The notes under the pieces: generated by a model
The model's database searches: none
The model's input: the letters and a program-made list of their open reading frames with translations, nothing else
What the model was told of the DNA's origin: nothing
From: an uncultured Alphaproteobacteria bacterium
GTDB lineage: Bacteria; Pseudomonadota; Alphaproteobacteria; Rhizobiales; Xanthobacteraceae
Reading direction: 5' to 3'
Assembly: GCA_963816655.1 (NCBI GenBank)
Contig: CAWFLW010000010.1
Span: 89,512-153,511 of the forward strand
Length of the DNA stretch: 64,000 nt
Made by a program: the position numbers and the translations under genes
Part shown: in pieces, positions 41,056 through 50,664 of the stretch
How the letters are laid out: every line of letters starts with the position of its first letter
Position numbering within the stretch: the stretch's first letter is position 1

Positions 41056-42427
41056 CTACCGCCGCACCGCGTTGGGGCCGATTGCGACCTGCGCAAAACG
41101 CTGCGCGCCGTCGGCGGCAAGATCGGTCGTGACGGGGCGGGCGTGGTCGAGCCCGACCACCGCGCCGCGCGGCGTCTCCGAAATCATGTTGCTGTGCACG
41201 AGCGCGGTGCCGGCGCCCGGCACGACGGATATGCCGACGCCGACAAAACTGTTGCGGATGACGTTGCCGGTGATGGCGACGTCGCGCAGATATTTGCCCC
41301 AGCCGGCGATGATGCCGAACGAAGGCGCGTTCTCGATGACATTGCCGGTCACTGACGTATCCGCCTCGACATAGATGCCGATGCCGGCGTCGTCGTCAGG
41401 CGCGGTGCCGATCGGCCGCTTCGGCACGAGGTTGCGGATGATGTTGCCCTGCACGACGGCGATGCGGCCGCCCTCGTTGAAATTGCAGACGGAGACGCCG
41501 AGCGCGGCGCCGTCGACGGTGTTGTTGGCAATCACGGCACCCTCGAAGGCGAATTCCGAATAGAGCGCGACCTCGCGGACGTTGGCTGACGCTGTTGCCG
41601 ACGATCTGGATGTTGGAGGCGGAATTGCCGCGCACCGCCGAGTAGTCGCAGTTCCTGATGCGGTTGCCGCGCACGATGACGTTGCCGGCGCGGAAGGCGT
41701 TGATGGCGTTGCCGTACTGGCCGGAGCCGCCGGGCCCGGCCTTGATGTCCTCGATGCGGTTGTCGAGCACGAGCGTGCCGTCGTCGCCGATGGCGGTGCG
41801 CAGGATCTCGATGCCGTTGTCGTTGGTGCCGAGGATCGTGTTGCGCGAGACGATCAGGCCGAGCGCGTCGAACGACACCACGGCAGTGGTGGCGATGTTG
41901 GTAAAGATGTTGCCGCTGATGTCGCCGGACACCTGCTCGAGCCAGATGCCGTTGCCGCCGCTGGCTGTGATCTCGCAATCGGACATGCGGATGTCGCGGC
42001 CGCCGAGGCAGTGCACGAGGCCGCGCCGCTGGGGCAGGGGAATGCTGCCGCCGTCGAAGGTGATGCCGGAGAGCCCGACACGACCGGCGCCTTCGCCCAG
42101 GATCATCGAGGCGCCGCCGGTGAACGATAATTTGGTCGCGCCGCGCACGCCGACAAGCTGCGTGCCGCTCTGAAGGCGCAGCATGCCGGTGCGGTAGACG
42201 CCCGGCGGCAGCGCCAGCGGCACTTGCGCGCGTGCGGCCTCATCGATGGCGCGCTGCAGATTGCGGGTCTGGTCGTCGGGACTGCCGGGCCGCACGCCAT
42301 ACTGCGTGACGTCGCGGCCGAGCGTGGAGGTGAGCGGTGCGGCGCGCGCAGGCTCAGGCGACATCGCCAGCGCACCGGCAACGCCGGCGGCGGACGCTCC
42401 AATCAGATGGCGGCGGTTGACGTCCAT
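41056..42427 (-). CDS. TIGR03808 family TAT-exported beta-helix repeat protein (indel near 41580)
   Basis: Twin-arginine NRRHLIG, GPGGSGQYGNAI, NFNEGGR, GWGKYLRDV. Confidence 0.88.
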
Positions 42428-42542
42428 GGTCAAAATCCTTGCGGACGTGTCGATCAATGTCCCTATCGCAGAATTGCGGCGGGGCATGGTGAACGCGGCA
42501 AGGGAACAGGACGATGTTTGGAGGTAGGGTTAACCTCGCGGG

Positions 42543-42556
42543 CGTCCGCTAATGAC
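42543..42556 (+). repeat. Left half of a palindromic site split by IS30 (empty site CGTCCGCTAATGACCCAAAGCGGACATT; right half at 43787-43800)
   Basis: GTCCGCT / AGCGGAC arms are reunited after removing the IS and one AC duplication. Confidence 0.65.
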
Positions 42557-43784
42557 GGTGGTCTCAACCGGTCGACGCAACACTTTATCTTAGAGGGAAA
42601 AGATGGAGTGTGACGATGGATCAGGGATTTCGTCGAGGGTTTACAACGGCCGAGAAGACGGAGTTATGGGATCGCTGGCAGCGCGGGGAGTCGCTCAAGG
42701 CGATCGGGCGGGCATTTGGTAAGCCTTCATCGTCGATTTATTTCCAGGTGTCGCCCTACGGTGGAATTCGTCCAGCTCCGCGGCGGCGCTCGCGATTGGC
42801 GCTGACGCTCAGAGAACGCGAGGAGATATCGAGAGGCGTTGCACTACATCGATCGGCCCGCTCGTTGGCTAGGTTGCTGGGCCGCTCGCCCTCGACGGTG
42901 AGCCGGGAAATCAGCCGGAATGGCGGCTATGATGGCTACCGAGCGACTGTGGCGGATGACAAGGCCTGGTCGCGAGCCCGTCGCCCAAAACGCTGTAAGC
43001 TGGCGACCAATGCCTGGCTGCGACAGGCGGTGGCCAGCAAGCTGAGATTAAATTGGGCGCCCGAGCAGATAGCCGGCTGGCTTAAAAGAGCCCATCCTGA
43101 AGGCGGGTGTAATCAGGTGTCCCACGAGACGATCTATCGCAGTCTGTTTGTTCAAGCCCGCGGGGTGCTCAAGAAAGAGCTGCTTTGCCATCTTCGGTCG
43201 AAGCGCACGATCCGTCGATCGAAACAGGCGGGTCTCATCAGTGATGGACGGGGACAAATCAAGGATATCGTCTCGATCCGTCAGCGGCCGGCAGCGGTTG
43301 AAGATCGGGCGGTGCCTGGCCATTGGGAAGGCGATCTGCTGTCCGGCTCGAAGAACAGCTATATCGCGACCTTGGTCGAGCGTCAGACCCGTTACGTGAT
43401 GCTGGCAAAGGTTGCCAACAAGGATACCCAGACGGTCGTATCCGCGCTGATCAAGCAGGCAAGAAAGCTACCGAGTGAGCTGATATAAATCGCTGACCTG
43501 GGACCGAGGCAAGGAACTTACGGATCATCGACGATTTACGCTGACGACCAACATCGATGTCTACTTCTGCGATCCGCAAAGCCCGTGGCAGCGGGGATCG
43601 AACGAAAACACCAATGGCCTGCTGAGACAGTACTTCCCGAAGGGCACCGATTTATCGGTGCATTCGCAAGCCCACCTGAACAAAGTGGCCCGTCAGCTCA
43701 ACGAACGGCCGCGTGAGACCTTGCAATTTGAAACACCAGCAGAGAGATTTAACGCCTGTGTTGCGTCGACCGGTTGAGCCGGCA
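42557..43784 (+). mobile_element. IS30 family insertion sequence (1228 bp), 2-bp AC target duplication
   Basis: Perfect 21-bp IR CTCAACCGGTCGACGCAACAC (42563-42583 / 43758-43778), each 6 nt inside the inferred ends; AC at 42555-42556 and 43785-43786. Confidence 0.9.
42610..43777 (+). CDS. IS30 family transposase (indel near 43480)
   Basis: [41 protein letters not shown], then SLTWDRGKE and [17 protein letters not shown] in the next frame. Confidence 0.93.
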
Positions 43785-43864
43785 ACCCAAAGCGGACATT
43801 GGCCCTAGCCCACGAACAACACGCCATGCTTTGATAGGTCGGATCACGGCCACATGGGGGCACC

Positions 43865-45661
43865 TTGGCGGGCGACCGGGTAGAACGGCGATTGGCGGCG
43901 GTACTGGCTGCGGATGTCGCCGGATATAGCCGCCTCATGGGTGCCGACGAGGAAGGCACCCTGGCCCGGCTCAAGGCGGCCCGAAAAGCGCTTGTTGACC
44001 CCACCATAGCTTCGCACCGGGGCCGCATCGTCAAGACCACCGGTGACGGCATGCTGGTGGAATTCGCCAGTGCCGTCGATGCCACCCGCTGCTCGGTCGA
44101 AGTCCAGCGTGCCATGGCCGCCCAAACCGCTGACGTCCCACAAGATGTCAGAATTGAATTCCGGATCGGCATCCATGTCGGCGATATCATTATCGACGAC
44201 AACGATATCTTTGGCGATGGGGTCAACATCGCTGCTCGGCTGGAGGGTATTGCCGAGCCGGGTGGCATTTGCATATCCGATGACACCTATCGGCAGGTTC
44301 GAGGCAAGGTCGAGATCGCCTGCGACGACCTCGGGCTGCAGACCTCTCAAGAACATTGCCGAGCCAATGCGTGCGTGGCGGTTCAGCTCAGTGACCAAGC
44401 TGCCGTCACGGCGCCAACAGGCTCGCCTGCGGGCCGAGCTCCGGCGCTGGCGTTTCCTGACAAGCCCTCCATAGCGGTCCTGCCCTTCCAGAACATGAGC
44501 GGCGATCAAGAACAGGAGTACTTCGCCGACGGTCTGGCGGAGGACATCATCACCGAGCTGTCGCGCTTTCGCGAGTTCGCCGTCATCGCCCGCAACTCGA
44601 CCTTCTTCTACAAGGGCAAGCCCCTTGACGTCTCGCAGGTCGCCCGGGAACTCAGGGTGCGCTACGTGCTCGAAGGTAGCGTGCGCAAGGTCGGCAACCG
44701 CGTTCGGGTGACGGCACAGCTCATTGACGCGGCGACAAACGATCATCTTTGGGCCGAACGTTACGACCGGGAGCAAGCCGATGTCTTCGAATTGCAGGAG
44801 GAGATCACCCACACGGTGGTTGCGAGCATCGCCCCGCAGATAGATCGCGCCGAGATAGCCCGTTCGCGGCGCGACACGACGAGCCTCCATGCGAGGCAAC
44901 TCGCTTGGCGCGCCGCGGGTCTATTTCTGGACGCGATCAAGGGCGGCAATGCGGTGTTGATGCAGCAGGCAATAACCGCATGTGAGGAGGCGATTGCCGC
45001 CGATGCAGCCTCGCTCGGAGCTCATTTCGCGCTCTTTGGGGCGCATTGGGCACGCCACCTCTACCGCTGGGGCGACCGGCCTGATGCCGAGATCGACAGG
45101 GCGTGGGCTGTAGTCGAGCGTATGACGGCAATCAACTCCCAGGATGAGCGAACACTCACGGCACGCGGCTGGACCCGCGTCACGCGCGGCGAGTATAGCG
45201 GTGGCCTCGCTGACCTGCGTCGTGCCACCGAGGTCAATCCGAATTACGCAACTGCCCTCGTTACGTTGGCGTTCGCCGAAGCGTCCACGGGCTTGGCCGA
45301 GGAGGCGGAAGCGCACGCAAAGCTTGCCCTGCGACTGAGCCCGCTGGACTACTGGATCGGAAACGCTCACCTGGCGCTTGCAATGGCGCACTTCACACAG
45401 CGCAACTACGACGAAGCCGTGCGCTGGTGCGAATCCGCAATCCAGGCGCAGCATCGGGCGCCGATCCGCCGTGCCCTGATGATCGCGTGCAGTGCTCAGG
45501 CCGGCGACATGGCGCGTGCCCGTAGCGAGGTCGCTGTGCTCGATAGCTTCGCACCAAACTTCATCGCCAGCCTGTTCCGGGGGCACAATCCGGTTTTCAC
45601 CCGCAAGGAGGATATGGAGAACCTTCTGAGCGGCCTGCGGCTTGCGGGACTTTCAGAGTGA
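43865..45661 (+). CDS. Class III adenylate/guanylate cyclase with TolB-like and TPR domains
   Basis: RRLAAVLAADVAGYSRL, KTTGDG, RIGIHVGD, FGDGVNIAARLE, PDKPSIAVLPFQNMS, TPR helices. Confidence 0.93.
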   Translation: MAGDRVERRLAAVLAADVAGYSRLMGADEEGTLARLKAARKALVDPTIASHRGRIVKTTGDGMLVEFASAVDATRCSVEVQRAMAAQTADVPQDVRIEFRIGIHVGDIIIDDNDIFGDGVNIAARLEGIAEPGGICISDDTYRQVRGKVEIACDDLGLQTSQEHCRANACVAVQLSDQAAVTAPTGSPAGRAPALAFPDKPSIAVLPFQNMSGDQEQEYFADGLAEDIITELSRFREFAVIARNSTFFYKGKPLDVSQVARELRVRYVLEGSVRKVGNRVRVTAQLIDAATNDHLWAERYDREQADVFELQEEITHTVVASIAPQIDRAEIARSRRDTTSLHARQLAWRAAGLFLDAIKGGNAVLMQQAITACEEAIAADAASLGAHFALFGAHWARHLYRWGDRPDAEIDRAWAVVERMTAINSQDERTLTARGWTRVTRGEYSGGLADLRRATEVNPNYATALVTLAFAEASTGLAEEAEAHAKLALRLSPLDYWIGNAHLALAMAHFTQRNYDEAVRWCESAIQAQHRAPIRRALMIACSAQAGDMARARSEVAVLDSFAPNFIASLFRGHNPVFTRKEDMENLLSGLRLAGLSE

Positions 45662-45692
45662 TCGGCCACCACTTTCGTATTCGTACCGCCAA

Positions 45693-45720
45693 CTTCCGTT
45701 GTTGGCTCATAGCGGATATG
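45693..45720 (+). repeat. Second copy of the palindromic site, in direct orientation to the 42543/43800 site
   Basis: CTTCCGTTGTTGGCTCATAGCGGATATG; 19/28 identical, ungapped, to the reconstructed left site. Confidence 0.55.
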
Positions 45721-45745
45721 ACGGCGCGTTGCTGAAACAACTCAC

Positions 45746-46381
45746 CTAAGATCGCCGCACCTGCCTCACCATTTCCATCAACATCGCCTCACCGGCATCG
45801 ATCAGCTGTTCCAGCGTGATACGCGGCGCACGCTGCGGCGTGGTATCGCGCGCGAGCAGGGGGATGTGGATGAAGGAAGCGAGCTGAAGGTGCTTGTCGG
45901 TGTTGACGGACTCGATCGCGCGCCAGCTCAGGTAGTTGCAGAGATAAGCGCCGGCGTCGCGCGAGGGACGGGCGTCGATGCCCGTCGCCCGCGCCGCGCG
46001 CAAAAGTTTCAGGGAATGCGGGCCGAACATCATGGCGTCGGGGCCAAGCCCGATCGTTCCCTTGCGCACGCGGGTCTGCGCTGCGTCGGGCCAGAGCAGC
46101 GTCACGGCGTTGCGGGCGCGGGTCTCGATGCGCAGATGGGTCGTGCGCCCGGCAAGCCCGAACATCAGCATTGCCTGGGGGCGATGTTTTGCCAGCAGCA
46201 TCGGCAGCTCGCGGTCGACCGCGTTGTAGGTGACGGGAAAGATGTGGCTTGTGAACGCAACATCGTCGAAGGCGGGACGGCGCAACCGCATCAGCCGCGC
46301 CACCAGCGGCTGGGTGGGGTTATAGGGCGCGCCGGGAAACGGACCGAAGCCGGTGACGAGGATCTTTGGCGTTCCGCTCAT
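45746..46381 (-). CDS. pcp: Pyroglutamyl-peptidase I
   Basis: ILVTGFGPF, RIETRARN, SRDAGAYLCNY, FIHIP. Confidence 0.9.
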   Translation of the reverse strand: MSGTPKILVTGFGPFPGAPYNPTQPLVARLMRLRRPAFDDVAFTSHIFPVTYNAVDRELPMLLAKHRPQAMLMFGLAGRTTHLRIETRARNAVTLLWPDAAQTRVRKGTIGLGPDAMMFGPHSLKLLRAARATGIDARPSRDAGAYLCNYLSWRAIESVNTDKHLQLASFIHIPLLARDTTPQRAPRITLEQLIDAGEAMLMEMVRQVRRS

Positions 46382-47370
46382 TTGAGCCACTCCGCAATCT
46401 GCTCGGCCGCAACGGATGGCGTGAGGCGCCCCTCGGCGACCTCCGCCTCGGTCTTCTTCACCCTGGCGCGGATCGTGGCATCCGAACGCAGCCGCGCCAT
46501 CATCCGCCCTTCCAGCATCGACCACATCCACTTGACCTGCTGCTCGCGCCGCCGCGCGGCGAAATCGCCCGAGGCGTTCATCGCGGTGCGATGATCGAGC
46601 ACCTTTTGCCAGAGTTCGGCGATGCCGTTGCCGGTCAGCGCCGAATAGGTCAGGACCGGTGGATACCAATGCTCCGAGCGGGGAGTGAGGATGTGCAGGG
46701 CGCTGCGGTATTCGGCCGCTGCCATGTTGGCGCGCTTGACGTTGTCGCCATCGGCCTTGTTGATCGCGATCATGTCGGCGAGCTCGACAAGGCCTTTCTT
46801 GATGCCCTGCAATTCGTCGCCGGCGCCGGGCAGCATCAGGGCGAGGAAGCAATCGGTCATGTCGCAGACTGCGGTTTCCGACTGGCCGATGCCGACGGTT
46901 TCCACCAGCACGACGTCGAAGCCGGCGGCCTCGCACAGCAGCATCGCCTCGCGGGTTTTGGCGGCGACGCCGCCGAGCGTGCCCGACGAAGGCGAGGGGC
47001 GAATGAAAGCGTGATCCGATGCCGACAATCGCGCCATCCGCGTCTTGTCACCGAGGATAGAGCCACCGGTGCGCGCCGAGGACGGGTCTACCGCCAGCAC
47101 GGCAACCTTGTGGCCCCGTTCGATCAGGTCCATGCCAAGCGTGTCGATGGTGGTGGATTTGCCCACCCCGGGCGCACCGGTGATACCGACGCGCATCGCC
47201 TTGCCGGTATCCGGCAGCAGCGCCTGCACGAGCTCGCGTGCGGATGCCTGGTGATCGGCGCGCCGGCTCTCGATCAGCGTGATCGCGCGCGCCAGCGCCG
47301 CGCGGTGGCCGGCGCGAAGTTCCTTGGCGAGGGCTTTGGTGTCGGGCGAGGGTCGCTTTGGCGGGGTCAT
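46378..47370 (-). CDS. meaB: Methylmalonyl-CoA mutase-associated GTPase MeaB
   Basis: GAPGVGKST, AVDPSS, GDKTRM, ETVGIGQSE, NKAD. Confidence 0.95.
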   Translation of the reverse strand: MTPPKRPSPDTKALAKELRAGHRAALARAITLIESRRADHQASARELVQALLPDTGKAMRVGITGAPGVGKSTTIDTLGMDLIERGHKVAVLAVDPSSARTGGSILGDKTRMARLSASDHAFIRPSPSSGTLGGVAAKTREAMLLCEAAGFDVVLVETVGIGQSETAVCDMTDCFLALMLPGAGDELQGIKKGLVELADMIAINKADGDNVKRANMAAAEYRSALHILTPRSEHWYPPVLTYSALTGNGIAELWQKVLDHRTAMNASGDFAARRREQQVKWMWSMLEGRMMARLRSDATIRARVKKTEAEVAEGRLTPSVAAEQIAEWLK

Positions 47371-47511
47371 GGGCTTGGTTTACAACGAAAGGCAGAGGAC
47401 AGGCGAGGGTTTGGCGGGCTCCCGTCCACCGCGATTCCGGCGTCAGGAATTGGGTGGGTTTTCACGCCCCGGCGCGTCAGGCTCGGGCGCGACACCGGGA
47501 GCAAGAAGAAC

Positions 47512-47982
47512 ATGACGACCGCCTATTACAGCACCGTGCTTGAGCACCCCCTGGACACCGTCTGGTCGCTGATCCGCGACTTCAACAATTATCCTGCCTA
47601 TATCGAGGGCGTCAGCGAAAGCGTGATCGAGGACGACAAGCGCGGCGATGAAGTCGGCGCGGTCAGGCGTTTCTGCTATCTCGGCAACTGGGTGCGCCAG
47701 CGCCTCGCCGCGCATTCCGATGCTGCGCATTCGCTGACCTATGCCGGCATCGAACCGCTGCCGTTCCCGGCGGAACTCGCACTGGGCGGCGTGTGGCCGG
47801 TACGCTACGAGGGCACGATGAGCCTGCACGAGGTAACCGAAGGCAACCGCACCTTCATCGAATGGTCGGTGGCGCTCGATGCCGAGCCGGCGGATACCGA
47901 GCGCTGGCATGCGCTGTTTCAGTCCTGGATTCCGGACTGGACGGATTCACTGGTGCGGACGCTGGCGCGAGGGACCGCGTGA
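47512..47982 (+). CDS. SRPBCC (polyketide cyclase 2/MxaD-like) family protein
   Basis: VWSLIRDF, VGAVRRF, TFIEWS. Confidence 0.8.
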   Translation: MTTAYYSTVLEHPLDTVWSLIRDFNNYPAYIEGVSESVIEDDKRGDEVGAVRRFCYLGNWVRQRLAAHSDAAHSLTYAGIEPLPFPAELALGGVWPVRYEGTMSLHEVTEGNRTFIEWSVALDAEPADTERWHALFQSWIPDWTDSLVRTLARGTA

Positions 47983-48002
47983 ATCCGCGGACGGCGGCAG
48001 CG

Positions 48003-50158
48003 TTATTCCGCTGCTGCGCTGTGGCCGAGCCGGGCGTTGAGCTTGTGGATCAGCTCTTCGGCGGCATCCGAGATCACGGTGCCGGGCGGGAAGATCGCTT
48101 CGGCGCCTGCCGCATACAGCGCATCGTAATCCTGCGGCGGCACCACGCCGCCGATGATGATCATGATGTCCTCGCGGCCGTGCTTCTTCAGTGCGGCCTT
48201 CAGCTCCGGCACGGCGGTGAGGTGGGCTGCCGCCAGCGACGATACGCCGAGGATATGCACGTCGTTCTCGACGGCCTGCCGCGCCGCCTCGTCGGCGGTG
48301 GCAAACAGCGGCCCGATGTCGACGTCGAAGCCGACATCGGCAAAGGCTGACGCGATCACCTTCTGGCCGCGGTCGTGGCCGTCCTGGCCGATCTTGGCGA
48401 CCAGAATGCGGGGACGGCGGCCTTCGGCCTCCTCGAAGGCGTCGATCAGCGCCTGCACCTTTTCGACCCGGTTGGACATGGCGGAGGCCTCGCGCTTGTA
48501 GACGCCGGTGATGGACCTGATCTCGGCGCGGTGGCGGCCGAACACCTTCTCCATCGCATCGGAGATTTCGCCGACGGTGGCCTTGGCGCGGGCCGCATCG
48601 ATGGCGAGCGCCAGCAGATTACCGTTGCCTTCACCGGCCGAGCGGGTCAGCGCGGCAAGCGCCTCGTCGACGTCCTTCTGGTTGCGCTCGCCGCGCAGTC
48701 GCTTCAGCTTGTCGATCTGCAGCCGCCGCACGGTGGAATTTTCCACCTTCAGGATGTCGATCGCCGCCTCGTCGACGGGCTTGAACTTGTTGACGCCGAT
48801 CACGGCCTGCCTGCCGGCGTCGATGCGGGCCTGCGTTTTGGCGGAGGCTTCCTCGATGCGCAGTTTTGGCACGCCGGCCTCGATCGCCTTCGCCATGCCG
48901 CCGAGCGCCTCGACTTCCTGGATGTGGCCCCAGGCTTTTGCGGCGAGATCGCGGGTCAGCCGCTCGACATAATACGAGCCGCCCCAGGGATCGATGATGC
49001 GGTTGGTGCCGCTCTCCTGCTGCAGGAACAATTGCGTGTTGCGGGCGATGCGGGCGGAAAAGTCGGTCGGCAGCGCCAGCGCTTCGTCGAGCGCATTGGT
49101 GTGCAGCGACTGGGTGTGGCCTTGGGTCGCCGCCATCGCCTCGATGGTGGTGCGCATCACGTTGTTGAAGATGTCCTGCGCGGTCAGCGACCAGCCCGAG
49201 GTCTGGCAATGCGTGCGCAGCGAGAGCGAGCGCGGGTCCTTCGGGTTGAACTGCGTCAGCAGCTTGGCCCACAACAGCCGCGCTGCGCGCATCTTGGCGA
49301 CTTCCATGAAGAAATTCATGCCGATCGCCCAGAAGAACGACAGCCGCGGCGCGAAGCGGTCGACGTCGAGGCCGGCCGCAAGCCCGCGCGCAGATACTCG
49401 ACGCCGTCGGCCAGCGTATAGGCGAGCTCGAGGTCCTGGGTCGCTCCGGCTTCCTGCATGTGATAGCCGGAGATCGAAATCGAATTGTATTTCGGCATCT
49501 TCTGCGAGGTGTAGGCGAAGATGTCGGAGATGATCCGCATCGAGGGCGCCGGCGGATAGATATAGGTGTTTCGTACCATGAATTCTTTCAGGATGTCGTT
49601 CTGGATTGTTCCTGAAAGTTTTTCCGGCGGCACGCCCTGTTCGCCAGCGGCGGCGACGAACAGCGCGAGGATCGGTAGCACCGCGCCGTTCATGGTCATC
49701 GACACGCTCATCTGGTCGAGCGGAATGCCGGCAAACAGCGTGCGCATGTCGTAGATGGAATCGATGGCAACGCCCGCCATGCCGACGTCGCCGGAGACGC
49801 GCGGATGATCGGAATCGTAGCCGCGGTGGGTGGCGAGATCGAAGGCGACCGACAGGCCCTTCTGGCCGGCTGCTAGGTTGCGGCGATAGAAGGCGTTGGA
49901 GTCCTCCGCCGTGGAGAAGCCGGCATATTGCCGGATGGTCCAGGGCTGGTTGACATACATGGTCGGGTAGGGCCCGCGCAGATAGGGCGCGATGCCCGGC
50001 CAGGTCTCGAGGAAGTCGATGCCGGCAAGGTCAGCCTCGCCGTAGGCGGGCTTCACCAGAATGCCTTCGGGCGTCAGCCACGGCTCGGCGCTACCGGCGG
50101 GCGCGCTCGGGGCGACCGGCTGGAAGGCGACATCAGCGAAATTCGGAATGCGGCTCAT
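48003..50158 (-). CDS. scpA: Methylmalonyl-CoA mutase, large subunit (indel near 49380)
   Basis: [25 protein letters not shown]12-binding [10 protein letters not shown]. Confidence 0.95.
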
Positions 50159-50199
50159 GGCGTCCATTATAGCACAGCCGGCCCTGCGGGCTCGGCGTT

Positions 50200-50664
50200 T
50201 CAGTCATGGTCGGGATGCTGGTGGCTGGCGATGGTCGCCATCTTCTCCGGTCCGTAATTCTGCATCGTGGTCTGGCTCGGCAGATTGGAGATGCCGACCA
50301 CCCAGCCGAGTCGGGCTTCGGTTCCATATTGCCGTGTCGGCACCACGCGGTCCGGCCGGTCAAAGGTGCCGGTCAGAAGCTCGATCCGGGGCCCGTCGAT
50401 GCGGCGGAAGGTCAGCGGCGTGCCGCAGGCGGCACAGAAATCGCGCTCGGCGATGGAGGAAGACTTGAACGCCGACGGCTTGCCGCGGGTCCAGGCAAAA
50501 TGCTCGTGCTCGATGTCGGCAAAGGAGGCGAACGGCGCGCCGGTCGCCTTCTGGCACATCCGGCAGTGACAGATGCTGATCCGCGACGGCGGCGCCGACA
50601 GCGCAAAGCGGATCGCGCCGCACTGGCAGCCGCCGGTCAAAACGGGTTTTGCTGCATCGCTCAT
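50200..50664 (-). CDS. GFA (glutathione-dependent formaldehyde-activating/CENP-V) family protein
   Basis: [26 protein letters not shown]. Confidence 0.9.
   Translation of the reverse strand: MSDAAKPVLTGGCQCGAIRFALSAPPSRISICHCRMCQKATGAPFASFADIEHEHFAWTRGKPSAFKSSSIAERDFCAACGTPLTFRRIDGPRIELLTGTFDRPDRVVPTRQYGTEARLGWVVGISNLPSQTTMQNYGPEKMATIASHQHPDHD

Noticed and set aside
42557-45661. IS30 plus cyclase as a composite transposon
   Set aside because: Only one IS copy, closed by its own IRs and 2-bp duplication; the cyclase lies outside the element.
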